Shown here piece after piece: positions 53,354-62,473 of a stretch of DNA of 64,000 nt. Source of the DNA: a virus. The stretch lies in IMG/VR virus record IMGVR_UViG_3300020109_000011, positions 1 to 64,000 of that record; one strand, 5' to 3'. Position numbers and translations under genes: made by a program. The notes under the pieces were generated by a model. It saw only the letters and a program-made list of their open reading frames with translations, was not told the origin of the DNA and made no database searches. How positions within the stretch are numbered: position 1 is the stretch's first letter; each line of letters starts with the position of its first letter.

Positions 53354-54034
53354 TCAACGGAGGGCAGCGACCCGTGCCAGGGCCTTGAAGTCCTCGTCCT
53401 CCTCTCGCTTCAGGCGCTCGGAACGGCGGGCCAGCACCTGCGTGCCGAATCCGAAGATGAAGTGCAGCGCCGCGCCGCCCAGGAAGCCGTTACCGGTCCG
53501 GTAGCCGTAGCCGAGGCCGTGACTGGCCAGGTAGCCCCCGGCGACCATCGCGGCCACCCCGAGCACGAGCGCGAGGATGTCGGGCACGAAGCGGGAGTCG
53601 CTGGCCAGCAGGACGGCGGCGAACAGCAGCAGGGAGCACCCCGCACCGGCCAGCCACCAGCTGTCCAACGGCGCATCCCGCAGGAAGGTGATGCCCAGGA
53701 TCAGATAGCTCGCGCCGACGAACAGGTGGCCCATGCTCAGGGCCCGCATCCAGCCCATCGCCAGCCCGACGAAGCCGACCCCGGCCGGGATCAGGAAGGC
53801 CAGGCCGAGCACCCGCAGCGGCACGTCGGCCTCGATGCCCGACAGCACGGGGTTGAGCTCGGGCCCGTCGTTCACCACGTCCGGCAGGTTGAAGTAGTCC
53901 ATGCCGCGCTGGGCGGCGGTCCACAGCACGACGATCTGGGCCATCAGCAGCACCACGTTGGCCGCGCCGGGCTTCCAGTTGCCTCGGAGGCGGACGGCGG
54001 CCAGGCGGCGCAGGGCGTGCACGGGGGAGGTCAT
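53354..54034 (-). CDS. Multi-pass membrane protein (holin-like)
   Basis: About 6 hydrophobic segments; coupled to the holin. Confidence 0.65.
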   Translation of the reverse strand: MTSPVHALRRLAAVRLRGNWKPGAANVVLLMAQIVVLWTAAQRGMDYFNLPDVVNDGPELNPVLSGIEADVPLRVLGLAFLIPAGVGFVGLAMGWMRALSMGHLFVGASYLILGITFLRDAPLDSWWLAGAGCSLLLFAAVLLASDSRFVPDILALVLGVAAMVAGGYLASHGLGYGYRTGNGFLGGAALHFIFGFGTQVLARRSERLKREEDEDFKALARVAALR

Positions 54035-54483
54035 GGCTCCTCGATGGGGGTCAGCTTGCGGCCGAGGGTGTCCCGGGGGTCGGACAGCGGCGTGACCTTG
54101 TCCCGGGCGCGCAGGCGGGCCATCAGCCAGGGGCCGACCAGGCTCCAGGCACCGGCCAGGGCCAGCACCACGTTGCCCGCCTGGTCCGCGATGGCGTCCA
54201 GGTCATAGTCCTCGGGGAGCGTGACTCCGACCAGCTTCAGCAGGCCGCCGATGGCCAGGATCACCGCGCTGACCACACCAGCCACACGCGCCGCACTCAG
54301 GACGGGCTCGGGGCGGGGCGCCAGCACCTCGCCCGACAGCGCGGTGTCGCTCAGGTCGTTGGGGACCTCGATGACCAGGCGGCCGTCCCGGGATAGCTCG
54401 TCCGTCTGGGTAGCAGGGGTCTCGGGCTCGGGCGCCGCGTGCTGCGGGATGCCGTCGTTGCCGGAGTGCAGGGGTTCGCTCAT
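54031..54483 (-). CDS. Holin-like protein
   Basis: EPVL..two TMs..RDKVTPLSDPRD, typical of actinophage holins. Confidence 0.7.
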   Translation of the reverse strand: MSEPLHSGNDGIPQHAAPEPETPATQTDELSRDGRLVIEVPNDLSDTALSGEVLAPRPEPVLSAARVAGVVSAVILAIGGLLKLVGVTLPEDYDLDAIADQAGNVVLALAGAWSLVGPWLMARLRARDKVTPLSDPRDTLGRKLTPIEEP

Positions 54484-54539
54484 CGTGTCAACCGGTCAGG
54501 CCCGGGGCGCCGGTTGACCCAGCGCCCCGAGCTCGGACC

Positions 54540-55109
54540 TCAGGCCTCGTCGGCCCCGGAGCGGGCCTCGGCCTGCTCGCGCGCAGCGGCCAGCTGCTGC
54601 TGCTTGCGCTGCTGGGACAGGCCCTGGAGCACCTCGGCGTGGTGGGTGCCCCGGCTGGTGCGCTGGATGCCCCCGTTCTCGACCGTGCTGGGGTCCACCG
54701 AGGCGGTGGGCACCTGGGAGGCGTCCCCGCCAGCGGCCTGCTGGGCGTCGTTCTCGCGCAGGCGCGCGATGAGCTCGTCCCGCTCCCCGCCGCCGTTGAG
54801 GCCGCGCTGCTTGGCCTCCTGCTGGAGCGCCCGGTAGCGCCAGGCGTTCTCGTCGTCGTAGTTGTCGGTGGGGCCGTCGGTGTCGTTGCTGGCGACCCCT
54901 CCGGTGCCCGGGTCGGCGTTCTCGTCGCCGGTCCCGATGGTGGGGTCCTGGTTGATCGTCACGTCGGCCTGCTGGGTCTGGCCCTCGCTGGCACGGCTGA
55001 CGTTGGACTCCACGGACTCCTGCGTCGGCGCAGGGGCCGCGTCGGCCGGGGTGGCGCTCGGGGTCGCGGTGGTGGGGCTGGTCTGCTGGTCCAGGGACTG
55101 GTCGGGCAC
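54540..55109 (-). CDS. SAP-domain DNA-binding protein
   Basis: YRALQQEAKQRGLNGGGERDELIARL in a disordered protein; SD GAGGAG. Confidence 0.75.
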   Translation of the reverse strand: MPDQSLDQQTSPTTATPSATPADAAPAPTQESVESNVSRASEGQTQQADVTINQDPTIGTGDENADPGTGGVASNDTDGPTDNYDDENAWRYRALQQEAKQRGLNGGGERDELIARLRENDAQQAAGGDASQVPTASVDPSTVENGGIQRTSRGTHHAEVLQGLSQQRKQQQLAAAREQAEARSGADEA

Positions 55110-55167
55110 GGGGTGCTCCTCGCTGCGGACGGTGGTGATGGGCGTGCTCACGGTACCGACGAGTCTG

Positions 55168-55569
55168 CTATGCAGAGAGGTAGGCGATGGCCTTCTGGAA
55201 CAGCGTCGGGTCGTCGCGGAACAGCCCCAGACCGTTGTTGCAGCTGGTACAGAGCCAGCCTCGGACATCTCCTGAGCGGTGGCAGTGGTCCAGGACCAGC
55301 TTGTCGCCCTTGCCGCAGATGGCACATCCATCGCCGTAGCGGGCCTGGATCTCATCCATCTGCTCAGTGGTCAGCCCGTGCTTCGCCTTCCTGACCCGCC
55401 TGGCCTTGTTCTCCTTCGACTCGCGCGGCTCGCCCGGTCGGCGGCAGACCCAGGTCGTGCTTCCGGTCTTGGTCTTGCGCGGACGGATAGGCGTGTCTGG
55501 CCCGCACTCGGCGCAGGTGCCTCGGCGGGTCTCGGTGTTCTTCTCGGTCAGCACATGACAACGCCCCAT
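55168..55569 (-). CDS. Endonuclease VII-family (HNH-like) homing endonuclease
   Basis: CAICG..LVLDHCHRSGDVRGWLCTSCNNGLG; less GC3-biased than neighbours. Confidence 0.85.
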   Translation of the reverse strand: MGRCHVLTEKNTETRRGTCAECGPDTPIRPRKTKTGSTTWVCRRPGEPRESKENKARRVRKAKHGLTTEQMDEIQARYGDGCAICGKGDKLVLDHCHRSGDVRGWLCTSCNNGLGLFRDDPTLFQKAIAYLSA

Positions 55570-55599
55570 CCTCCAACCGTAGCTGGAGGATGGGGCGTT
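55560..55599 (-). promoter_or_regulatory. 16-bp hairpin sequestering the EndoVII start, with a -10-like TACGGT in the loop
   Basis: aacgccccatcctcca / tggaggatggggcgtt perfect stem. Confidence 0.65.
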
Positions 55600-55615
55600 A
55601 TCGGGGACGGGCTGG

Positions 55616-55933
55616 TCAGGCCTTGGCGGGCGGCACGGGCACGAAGCGCAGGTAGACCTCCACCTCGTGCTGGCGGCCCTCCACCCGCTGGTCGGTGGAC
55701 ACCTGGATCTCCCAGCGCCCGCCCTCCGGCTCGGCGAAGGCCTTGATCTGGCCCCGGCGGATCCGGTGGGCGGTCTGCGAGAAGACGCCGTAGCGGGCCT
55801 TCTCGCCGCCGCCGACCAGATGCCAGGCGCCAGGGTTCTCGCGGACGGTCTGGGCGGTCGTCTCGAAGTCCTCGAACAGCACCCGGGACCGGGTGCGCCG
55901 GGGCTCCTTCACGGTCAGCGTGGGCGCAGTCAT
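55616..55933 (-). CDS. Hypothetical protein (possible DNA-binding)
   Basis: VRENPGAWHLV..IRRG..F..EVYLRF; promoter 55940-55969 (TTGACA-TTG-TTGACC-N8-CATACT-N6-ATG). Confidence 0.7.
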   Translation of the reverse strand: MTAPTLTVKEPRRTRSRVLFEDFETTAQTVRENPGAWHLVGGGEKARYGVFSQTAHRIRRGQIKAFAEPEGGRWEIQVSTDQRVEGRQHEVEVYLRFVPVPPAKA

Positions 55934-56074
55934 GCAGCCAGTATGGGCATCGTGGTCAACAATGTCAACTCTGTGACACCCCGGACAGCGCGAGGGGCGG
56001 GCCCCGGTGTCCACCGGGAACTCCCGCCCCTCACTTCCACCCGCGTCCGCAGACCGGAGGCCTCACCGCCGAAA

Positions 56075-58030
56075 CTACTCCCCGCCGAACAGCGCGGCCA
56101 GCTTCTCCCCGTCGTTGACCAGGGACTCCAGCACCTCGGCGTTCTCGCCCTGGCGGGTCAGCTGGCGCTCCTCGATGGTCCCGGCCGTCACGTAGTCGAT
56201 GACCTTGACGTGCTGGTGACGCTCCGAGCCGATCCGGTGCACTCGGTCCAGGCCCTGCTTCCACAGGATCGGGCTCCACGGCCGCTGGACGCGCATCAGC
56301 GTGCTGGCAGCCGTCAGCGTGGTCCCGGTGCCCCCGGCGGCGTAGGTGTAGGCGATCAGCCGCTTCTTCCCGGCCTGGAAGTCCTGAATGGCGATGTCGC
56401 ACAGCTGGTGCGTGCGGTCGCCCGCGATCACGTCCAGCTGCTCGTGGAGCTCGGGGTGGCGCTTCAGCAACTCGGCCTCCCACAGCCGCAGCAGCCGCCG
56501 GGACTCGAAGGCCAGCGCGATCTGCTCGCCGTCGAACTCGCCCGAGACCAAGTCCTCGATGACCTGGTCGATCTTCCCGCTGGGCATCCGCAGCAGCATC
56601 TTCACGGGCACGTCGTCCTCGGTGCTCGCGCTGACCGCGTCGGGGTCCTCGGGGTAGCCGGTGGCGCTGGCCAGCATGGTGAGGCGCCCGGCCGCGATCA
56701 TGGCGTTCTGGGCCACGATCACGCCCTCGGCGACCTTCAGGACCATCTCGTCGCGCATCTGGAGGTAGGCGGTCGCCTGCTCCTTCGGCATGAAGCACTC
56801 GCGCCGGAGCTCGCCGCCCATCAGCAGCGGCGGCAGGTCCAGCACCTCGGCCTTCAGGCGGCGCCGGGTGATCCCGCTGAAGACCTGCTGGAACTCCTCG
56901 ACCCGGTCGGCCCGGAAGCCGTTGGTCTCGAAGAAGCCCGCCATGTTGTAGCCGGACTCGGCGTAGTAGCCGATCCAGGTGGTCTTCACCGGCCAGGCCT
57001 CGGCGTCCGCGTAGTGCAGGATCGTCCAGGCCTGCTCGACCTTCCGGCTGACCGGCGTGCCGGTCAGGCCCCAGCGCAGGGCGTTCGGCGCCGACCGGAC
57101 CAGGCCCCACAGCGCCAGGGTGTTCTGGCTGGTGTTGTTCATCGCCCGGTGGACCTCGTCGGCGACGATGAGGCCCCAGTCGATGGCGTTGAGCTCCTTC
57201 TCGTGGGCCTGGCACTTGGCCTCGGTGACCGTGTTCTCCTCGGACTGGTTCGGGCCGCCGCAGGCCTCGCACTTCTTCAGCGCGTGCCCGGGCTGGGCCT
57301 TGAACCGGGTGTGGGTCTTCAGCGACTCCCAGCCGATGATGCCGATCTGCGTCTCACCAGCGGCGATGCGCTCGATGACCTTGCGGCGCTGGGTCGGGGT
57401 GCCACGGATGAGCTCGGCGGTGGCCTCGGGCATGAAGTCGGCGAGGTCGTCCAGCCAGGCGGTCTTCAGGGTCTTCTGCGGCGCCACGATCAGCACCGGC
57501 TTGCCGGTTGACACGGGGATCCCGAGCTCGCGCATCCCGGCGATGATCGAGATGGTCTTGCCGGTGCCGGTCTCGTTCAGCAGCAGCCGGGCGGGCACCG
57601 GAGCGGTCCCACCGCCGTAGGCCAGCCACGCGGCGTCGTCCACCTGGTGCGGGTAGAGCTCGGCGTCGGGCTCCTTGCGCGCGGCGGGGTCCACCTTGGC
57701 CGAGAGCTCGCGCATGGCCTTCCAGTGCGCGGTCTGCTCGTTCACCCAGGCCATGAGCTCGGGGTGCGGCAGGATCCGCAGCCCGGTCTCCTTGGCCATC
57801 ACCCCGAGGCTCAGGACGGCCGGGTAGGCCTTCGGCAGCGTCCAGACCTCGTCGGCCTTCGAGTAGAGCGCGCCGGGGATGAGCTCCAGCCGCTTCATGT
57901 ACGTCGGGGGCACGTAGACCCCCATCCGGCCCGCGTAGCGGCCGTCAGCGATCTCCCAGGGGTAGATGCCCGGGGAGGCCCCGGCCAGCTTCGCGGCCAT
58001 CTTCAGCGGGGCGGTCAGGGTCGCGGTCAT
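56075..58030 (-). CDS. SNF2-family DNA helicase
   Basis: ETGTGKT, ADEVH, LTGTP, GTGTTLT, QGLDRVHRIG. Confidence 0.9.
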   Translation of the reverse strand: MTATLTAPLKMAAKLAGASPGIYPWEIADGRYAGRMGVYVPPTYMKRLELIPGALYSKADEVWTLPKAYPAVLSLGVMAKETGLRILPHPELMAWVNEQTAHWKAMRELSAKVDPAARKEPDAELYPHQVDDAAWLAYGGGTAPVPARLLLNETGTGKTISIIAGMRELGIPVSTGKPVLIVAPQKTLKTAWLDDLADFMPEATAELIRGTPTQRRKVIERIAAGETQIGIIGWESLKTHTRFKAQPGHALKKCEACGGPNQSEENTVTEAKCQAHEKELNAIDWGLIVADEVHRAMNNTSQNTLALWGLVRSAPNALRWGLTGTPVSRKVEQAWTILHYADAEAWPVKTTWIGYYAESGYNMAGFFETNGFRADRVEEFQQVFSGITRRRLKAEVLDLPPLLMGGELRRECFMPKEQATAYLQMRDEMVLKVAEGVIVAQNAMIAAGRLTMLASATGYPEDPDAVSASTEDDVPVKMLLRMPSGKIDQVIEDLVSGEFDGEQIALAFESRRLLRLWEAELLKRHPELHEQLDVIAGDRTHQLCDIAIQDFQAGKKRLIAYTYAAGGTGTTLTAASTLMRVQRPWSPILWKQGLDRVHRIGSERHQHVKVIDYVTAGTIEERQLTRQGENAEVLESLVNDGEKLAALFGGE

Positions 58031-58308
58031 CGGATCTCCTCCATCACGCGGGCCAGCACATCCGCGACGTGCGCGGGGCCGGACAGGGCGAGTTCAACGG
58101 GGTCCAGGCGCGCCATCAGCTGCTCCTGGGCGGTGTCCTTCACGCGCTCGCGCTCGGCGCGGCGCAGGCGGGCAGCGCGGTCCACGGTCCGCAGCAGCCG
58201 GTCGTTCAGGGTGTGGATCTTGACCCCGGCAGCGTCCAGGCCGGGGCACATGGCCTCGAAGGCGGCCTGGTAGTCCAGACCGGTCGGGGTGGGCTCCGTC
58301 GTGGTCAC
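58027..58308 (-). CDS. Hypothetical protein
   Basis: GTGA/ATGA coupling on both sides. Confidence 0.6.
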   Translation of the reverse strand: MTTTEPTPTGLDYQAAFEAMCPGLDAAGVKIHTLNDRLLRTVDRAARLRRAERERVKDTAQEQLMARLDPVELALSGPAHVADVLARVMEEIR

Positions 58309-58793
58309 TCGGGCCTCCAGCGGGTGCTCGCCCACAGCAGGGCGTGCCTCAGGGCCTGGACGGCATGGCCCTCGCCGCCCTTGCCCACGTTGTTGGGCCG
58401 GTCCCGGTTCTCCCGGTACCGGCGGATCTTCTCGGGGGTGGACCACTCGCGCTCCGACGGCTTCTGGACGTAGAACCGGCCGGGCTCGCCGTCCATCAGC
58501 CACCGGCAGAAGCCGATGACCTCGACGGCCTCGGGCTGCCAGGTGCGCACGCCCTCGCGCGGCCACCAGCCCTCGATGACGATGCCGCTGATCCGCTCCG
58601 AGGGGAGCCGAGCGTTCGTGCACTGCATGGCGAAGTCCATGAAGCGCAGGTGGTTGGGCTGCTCGCCCCAGTCGGCGATCTCCAGCCCGACGTTGGCCAG
58701 CTGGGTCGTGTCAACCACCGGCCGGAACAGCACCCAGCCGGTCACACCGCCTGGGTCCACGGCCAGCCACAGCCCGGGCCCGCGCGCGATCAC
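58305..58793 (-). CDS. RuvC-like Holliday junction resolvase
   Basis: LAVDPGGVTGW, IVIEG, HAVQALRH. Confidence 0.75.
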   Translation of the reverse strand: MIARGPGLWLAVDPGGVTGWVLFRPVVDTTQLANVGLEIADWGEQPNHLRFMDFAMQCTNARLPSERISGIVIEGWWPREGVRTWQPEAVEVIGFCRWLMDGEPGRFYVQKPSEREWSTPEKIRRYRENRDRPNNVGKGGEGHAVQALRHALLWASTRWRPE

Positions 58794-60598
58794 TTCGCCT
58801 CGGCCCAGTTCGCGCCCATGCCGGGCTCGGCCTGCACGTCCACCAGCCAGCCGGTCTGCTCGTTGACCACCTGGTCCATGACCTCCTTGATCTCCTGCAT
58901 GGCGTCCTCGGCCTCGGCCTTCGGGCAGCTGAACAGCACCTCGTCGTGCACCGGCAGCAGCATGTGCGGGCTGAAGCCCGCCGCGTCCAGCCCGACCAGG
59001 GCCTTCTTCAGCGCGATGGCGGCGCTGCCCTGGGTCACGTAGTTGGGCAGCACGCGGCGCTGGGATGGGTCGGCGACCTGGAACCGACGGCCGAAGGGGC
59101 TGTCCAGGTAGTGCACGAGGCCCCGGGGCGTCTGCTCGGTCTGCACCAGGTCCATCCCGACCTCGCGCAGGCTCGGGTAGGACTGCTCCAGCTTCTTCCA
59201 GGTCGGGACCAGCTGGTAGACACCGACCCCGGCGGTGGCCGCCGCCGTCTCGATCCCGCCGCCGAACAGCTTGGCGTAGACGGTGGACTTCAGCAGGGTC
59301 CGGCGGGCGTCCTTCTTCACGAAGTCCGGCTCGCCGTAGACCACCTTGCCGAGCTCCACGAAGAAGTCGCCGCCCGTGGCGTCGGCCTGCTTCAGGGCCG
59401 CGATCATCGCGGTGTCCTTGTTCCAGCTGGCCCACATCCGGAGCTCGATCTGGCCGTAGTCGGCCGAGATGATGACCTCGTCGGGGTTGCGCGGGATGAC
59501 GGCCGTGCGCACGGTCGGGTCGTTGCTGGGCAGCTGCTGGAGCGGCGGGTTCTCCACCGACATGCGGCCGGTGCGCGCCTCGAAGGGCTTGATCCCGGGG
59601 TGCAGCACGGCGCCCTCCTCGGGCACCACGCCGTTCTCGAAGTCGCCCCCGGCGCCCCGCAGCATGGCCTCCAGGTAGCTGGTCCGGGTCTTGTAGAGCC
59701 CCCGGAACTCCAGCACGTCCTGGGCGGCCGGGTGCTCGATGTGCTCCAGCACCTCGGCGTCCAGCTTGACCTTGCCCTTCTCGGTCTTGGCCGGGAGCGG
59801 GATGCCCGCCTCGTGCAGCACGAGCTCCAGCTGGCCGTTCTGGTGCGGGTTGGTCACGCCGATGCTGGCCAGCCGCGCGCGGACCTCGTTCTCCTGCTCC
59901 AGGTGCTCGTGGATCTTGTCCATCAGGTAGGGGCCGTCCACCGGCAGGCCGCGCCAGGACATCTCCCCGGTGATCCGGAGGCTGGCGATCTCCAGGGCGT
60001 GGTCGGCCGCCCACTTCTTCCGGCGATCGGCCCACTGCTCCCACAGGGCTGCGGTGACGCAGGTGTCCACCACGCCGTAGAGGGGGTAGGGCTTCCAGCC
60101 CAGCGGCACGTCCGCCCAGGTCCAGCCCGCGTTCTTCATGCCCTCGTGCAGCACGCGCTCGCCCGCGCCCGCCCACGGGCCGAACTCGCGCATGGCCAGC
60201 GTCTTCAGGCCTCGGGGCTGCTCGGCGAAGCCGCCCAGCGCCGCCCAGGTGAAGGTGTCCTCGACCACCGACCAGTCCACGGTGATGCCCTTGGACCGCA
60301 GCGAGAGGATGTCGTACCCGGCGTTGTGGAAGACGATCTTCACGCGCGCCCGGGAGCACCAGTCCAGCGCGCCCTGGACCATCGCGGGCCAGCCCTCGAA
60401 GGGGATGGCCCAGCCGCCTGCCACGTCGCCGAACTGGATCAGCCGGACCTTGAAGGCCGGGGAGTACCAGTCCAGGCCGGTGTTCTCCGTGTCAACCGCG
60501 ACCATCCGGCGCCCGGGCAGGGTCAGCCACTCCCAGAAGGCGGCCATCTGGTCGGGGGAGGTGAGCACCCGGATCTTCAGGTTGGGCACGGCGGACAT
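58790..60598 (-). CDS. DNA polymerase family A with 3'-5' exonuclease
   Basis: AVDTENTGL, FHNAGYD, RTGRMS..PPLQQLP, ADYGQIELR, K..YAKLFG, NYVTQGSAA, VHDE. Confidence 0.95.
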   Translation of the reverse strand: MSAVPNLKIRVLTSPDQMAAFWEWLTLPGRRMVAVDTENTGLDWYSPAFKVRLIQFGDVAGGWAIPFEGWPAMVQGALDWCSRARVKIVFHNAGYDILSLRSKGITVDWSVVEDTFTWAALGGFAEQPRGLKTLAMREFGPWAGAGERVLHEGMKNAGWTWADVPLGWKPYPLYGVVDTCVTAALWEQWADRRKKWAADHALEIASLRITGEMSWRGLPVDGPYLMDKIHEHLEQENEVRARLASIGVTNPHQNGQLELVLHEAGIPLPAKTEKGKVKLDAEVLEHIEHPAAQDVLEFRGLYKTRTSYLEAMLRGAGGDFENGVVPEEGAVLHPGIKPFEARTGRMSVENPPLQQLPSNDPTVRTAVIPRNPDEVIISADYGQIELRMWASWNKDTAMIAALKQADATGGDFFVELGKVVYGEPDFVKKDARRTLLKSTVYAKLFGGGIETAAATAGVGVYQLVPTWKKLEQSYPSLREVGMDLVQTEQTPRGLVHYLDSPFGRRFQVADPSQRRVLPNYVTQGSAAIALKKALVGLDAAGFSPHMLLPVHDEVLFSCPKAEAEDAMQEIKEVMDQVVNEQTGWLVDVQAEPGMGANWAEAK

Positions 60599-60633
60599 CG
60601 GCGCTCCTGGGGGACGGAAGGTCTGGAGATGGT

Positions 60634-60670
60634 GCAGGGCGGGCCCCGGGGGAGGTGGGGCCCGCCCTGC
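60634..60670. terminator. Hairpin between SSB and polymerase
   Basis: 14-bp stem gcagggcgggcccc / ggggcccgccctgc. Confidence 0.55.
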
Positions 60671-60684
60671 GGATCAGGTGGGGA

Positions 60685-61254
60685 TCAGCCCCACGGGTTG
60701 TTGCTGCTGGCGCTCGCACCGGCCGTCGCGGGCTCGGTGTCGGGGTCACCGGCAGCGGCGCTGGCCGCGTCGGCCTCGTCGTCCAGCGAGACGGCCTGGG
60801 AGGCCGACTTGCCGCCGCCCGGGGTGGCCGTGGCCGCCTTGGACGAGACGGTGGACCGGTAGGTCACCCGGGTCTGCGGCTGGCCGTTGAACTCGTCGGC
60901 CTTCAGCCGGGCCTCGAAGACCGTGCCGGTGATCTGCTCGGCGATCTGGTCCGGGGTCGGGCGGGCCGACATGATCCACTCCTGGCTGGCCCCGAGGGTG
61001 CGCAGCGTCTGGGCGAAGATCCGGGCGGCCGTGTCGGACTCCGGGGACCAGTAGAGCCGGTCCTGGATCTCCTTGTTCTTCGCGGCGTGCGGGCCGGACT
61101 TGAAGCCGAGGGTCAGCGTGAACATCCGCTTGCCCTTCGGGCTGGTCCCGGCCACGGCCTTCTTCACGAACATGGTGTGGTCGCCCTCGTAGGCGACGCC
61201 CTTCAGGTCGTCACCGAAGGCCGCGAACTCCGCGCCGAAGTCGAACTCGCTCAT
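60685..61254 (-). CDS. Single-stranded DNA-binding protein (DUF669-like)
   Basis: OB-like core, acidic flexible tail ending PWG; follows the AAA ATPase. Confidence 0.7.
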   Translation of the reverse strand: MSEFDFGAEFAAFGDDLKGVAYEGDHTMFVKKAVAGTSPKGKRMFTLTLGFKSGPHAAKNKEIQDRLYWSPESDTAARIFAQTLRTLGASQEWIMSARPTPDQIAEQITGTVFEARLKADEFNGQPQTRVTYRSTVSSKAATATPGGGKSASQAVSLDDEADAASAAAGDPDTEPATAGASASSNNPWG

Positions 61255-61257
61255 GGG

Positions 61258-62142
61258 TCAGTTCTCCTGCTTCTCGGGGGTGGGGGTGGGCTGCTCGCCC
61301 TGGTTGACAGGCGCGCTGGCCTGGTCCTGCTGCTGGGAGTGCGGCACGCCCGTCTGCGCGGGCTGGGAGATGCCACGGCCCTTGAACACCATCTTGATCA
61401 ACTTCTCGAAGGTGGTGTTCTTCGCGCGGATCTCGTCCTCCGTCTGACCCACGACCTGGGGCAGCTGGATGATCGGCGGGATCCGGCCGCCGACCCGCTC
61501 CTTGGCCTCCTTGCCGTTCATGCGGCGGGTCTGGAGGTAGCGGGTCTCGGTGCCGTCCGCGTCGGGCTCGACGTACAGCCAGGCGCACACGTCGAACAGG
61601 TACGGGATCACGTCCCGCAGCTGACCCTGGAGGTAGGGCCGCATGATGCCCTGGTTGTCCTCCTTGGTCATCGACGTGAAGACGACGGCCTCCAGGGGCT
61701 TGGTCGGGTGCTCGGTGAGGTCCCGGAGGTCCCGGCAGAAGCCGCCGACCTCCCGGAGCGCGGCGCCCCAGTCCTGGATCTTCATCTGGTCGCGCCCGGC
61801 GACCTTCTCGACGTACCGGTACTGGAGCTCGGAGATCGAGTCCACCGTGGCCGAGCGGAAGGGGTGCTCGCCCTGCTTCAGCCAGTCCAGGCCGTTCAGG
61901 GCGTCCTGCCAGGTCCGGACGATGATGACGGCGGTGTCCCACTCGGGCTCGCCGTTCTTGTCGATCTTCGGGGGCTCGGGGGGCGGGTTCGCGGGGTCCC
62001 AGATCTTCACCTTCACCGGCAGGAACCGGTGGGCGGCCTCGCAGTCGAACAGGACCCTGGGCCACGGGGTGGAGGACCCCAGCAGCGACTTCCCCGCGCC
62101 CGACGGCCCATGCACCAGCATGGACAGTGCAGGCACCTTCAT
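61258..62142 (-). CDS. Sak4-like AAA ATPase / recombinase
   Basis: VHGPSGAGKS, FDCE, TVDSISEL, QDWG, AKER. Confidence 0.85.
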   Translation of the reverse strand: MKVPALSMLVHGPSGAGKSLLGSSTPWPRVLFDCEAAHRFLPVKVKIWDPANPPPEPPKIDKNGEPEWDTAVIIVRTWQDALNGLDWLKQGEHPFRSATVDSISELQYRYVEKVAGRDQMKIQDWGAALREVGGFCRDLRDLTEHPTKPLEAVVFTSMTKEDNQGIMRPYLQGQLRDVIPYLFDVCAWLYVEPDADGTETRYLQTRRMNGKEAKERVGGRIPPIIQLPQVVGQTEDEIRAKNTTFEKLIKMVFKGRGISQPAQTGVPHSQQQDQASAPVNQGEQPTPTPEKQEN

Positions 62143-62284
62143 GTGACTCCCTCCCAAGCCGCTGACCAGCCGCTTCGCACAGAGGGATCCACCGGAATCT
62201 CAGATGCTCAGGGTCGCTCAGATGGCTTAGATGTTGTTGTGGGTGTTGACAGAACCTACCACTCTCGGGTGACAGGCACCAGCC

Positions 62285-62473
62285 TCAGGACCGGTGTCGC
62301 CAGCCCGGGAGCAGCAGCCACCAGAGGGTGCGCCCCTCCAGCTTCCGCATCCGGCGCTCGCGCCTGCGGAGGATCCGGTTGTCGTTGCCGTGCAGGCCGA
62401 TGGCGAAGGCGATGTTGGACAGCACGGTGCCGATGGCGACCCCGGACAGCAGCCAGGCGTACCAGGTCATCAC
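62285..62473 (-). CDS. Small membrane protein
   Basis: N-terminal TM, Arg-rich. Confidence 0.55.
   Translation of the reverse strand: MMTWYAWLLSGVAIGTVLSNIAFAIGLHGNDNRILRRRERRMRKLEGRTLWWLLLPGWRHRS

Noticed and set aside
56075-60598. Inteins or introns in the helicase or polymerase
   Set aside because: Lengths are normal, motifs are contiguous, and no intein splice motifs were seen.
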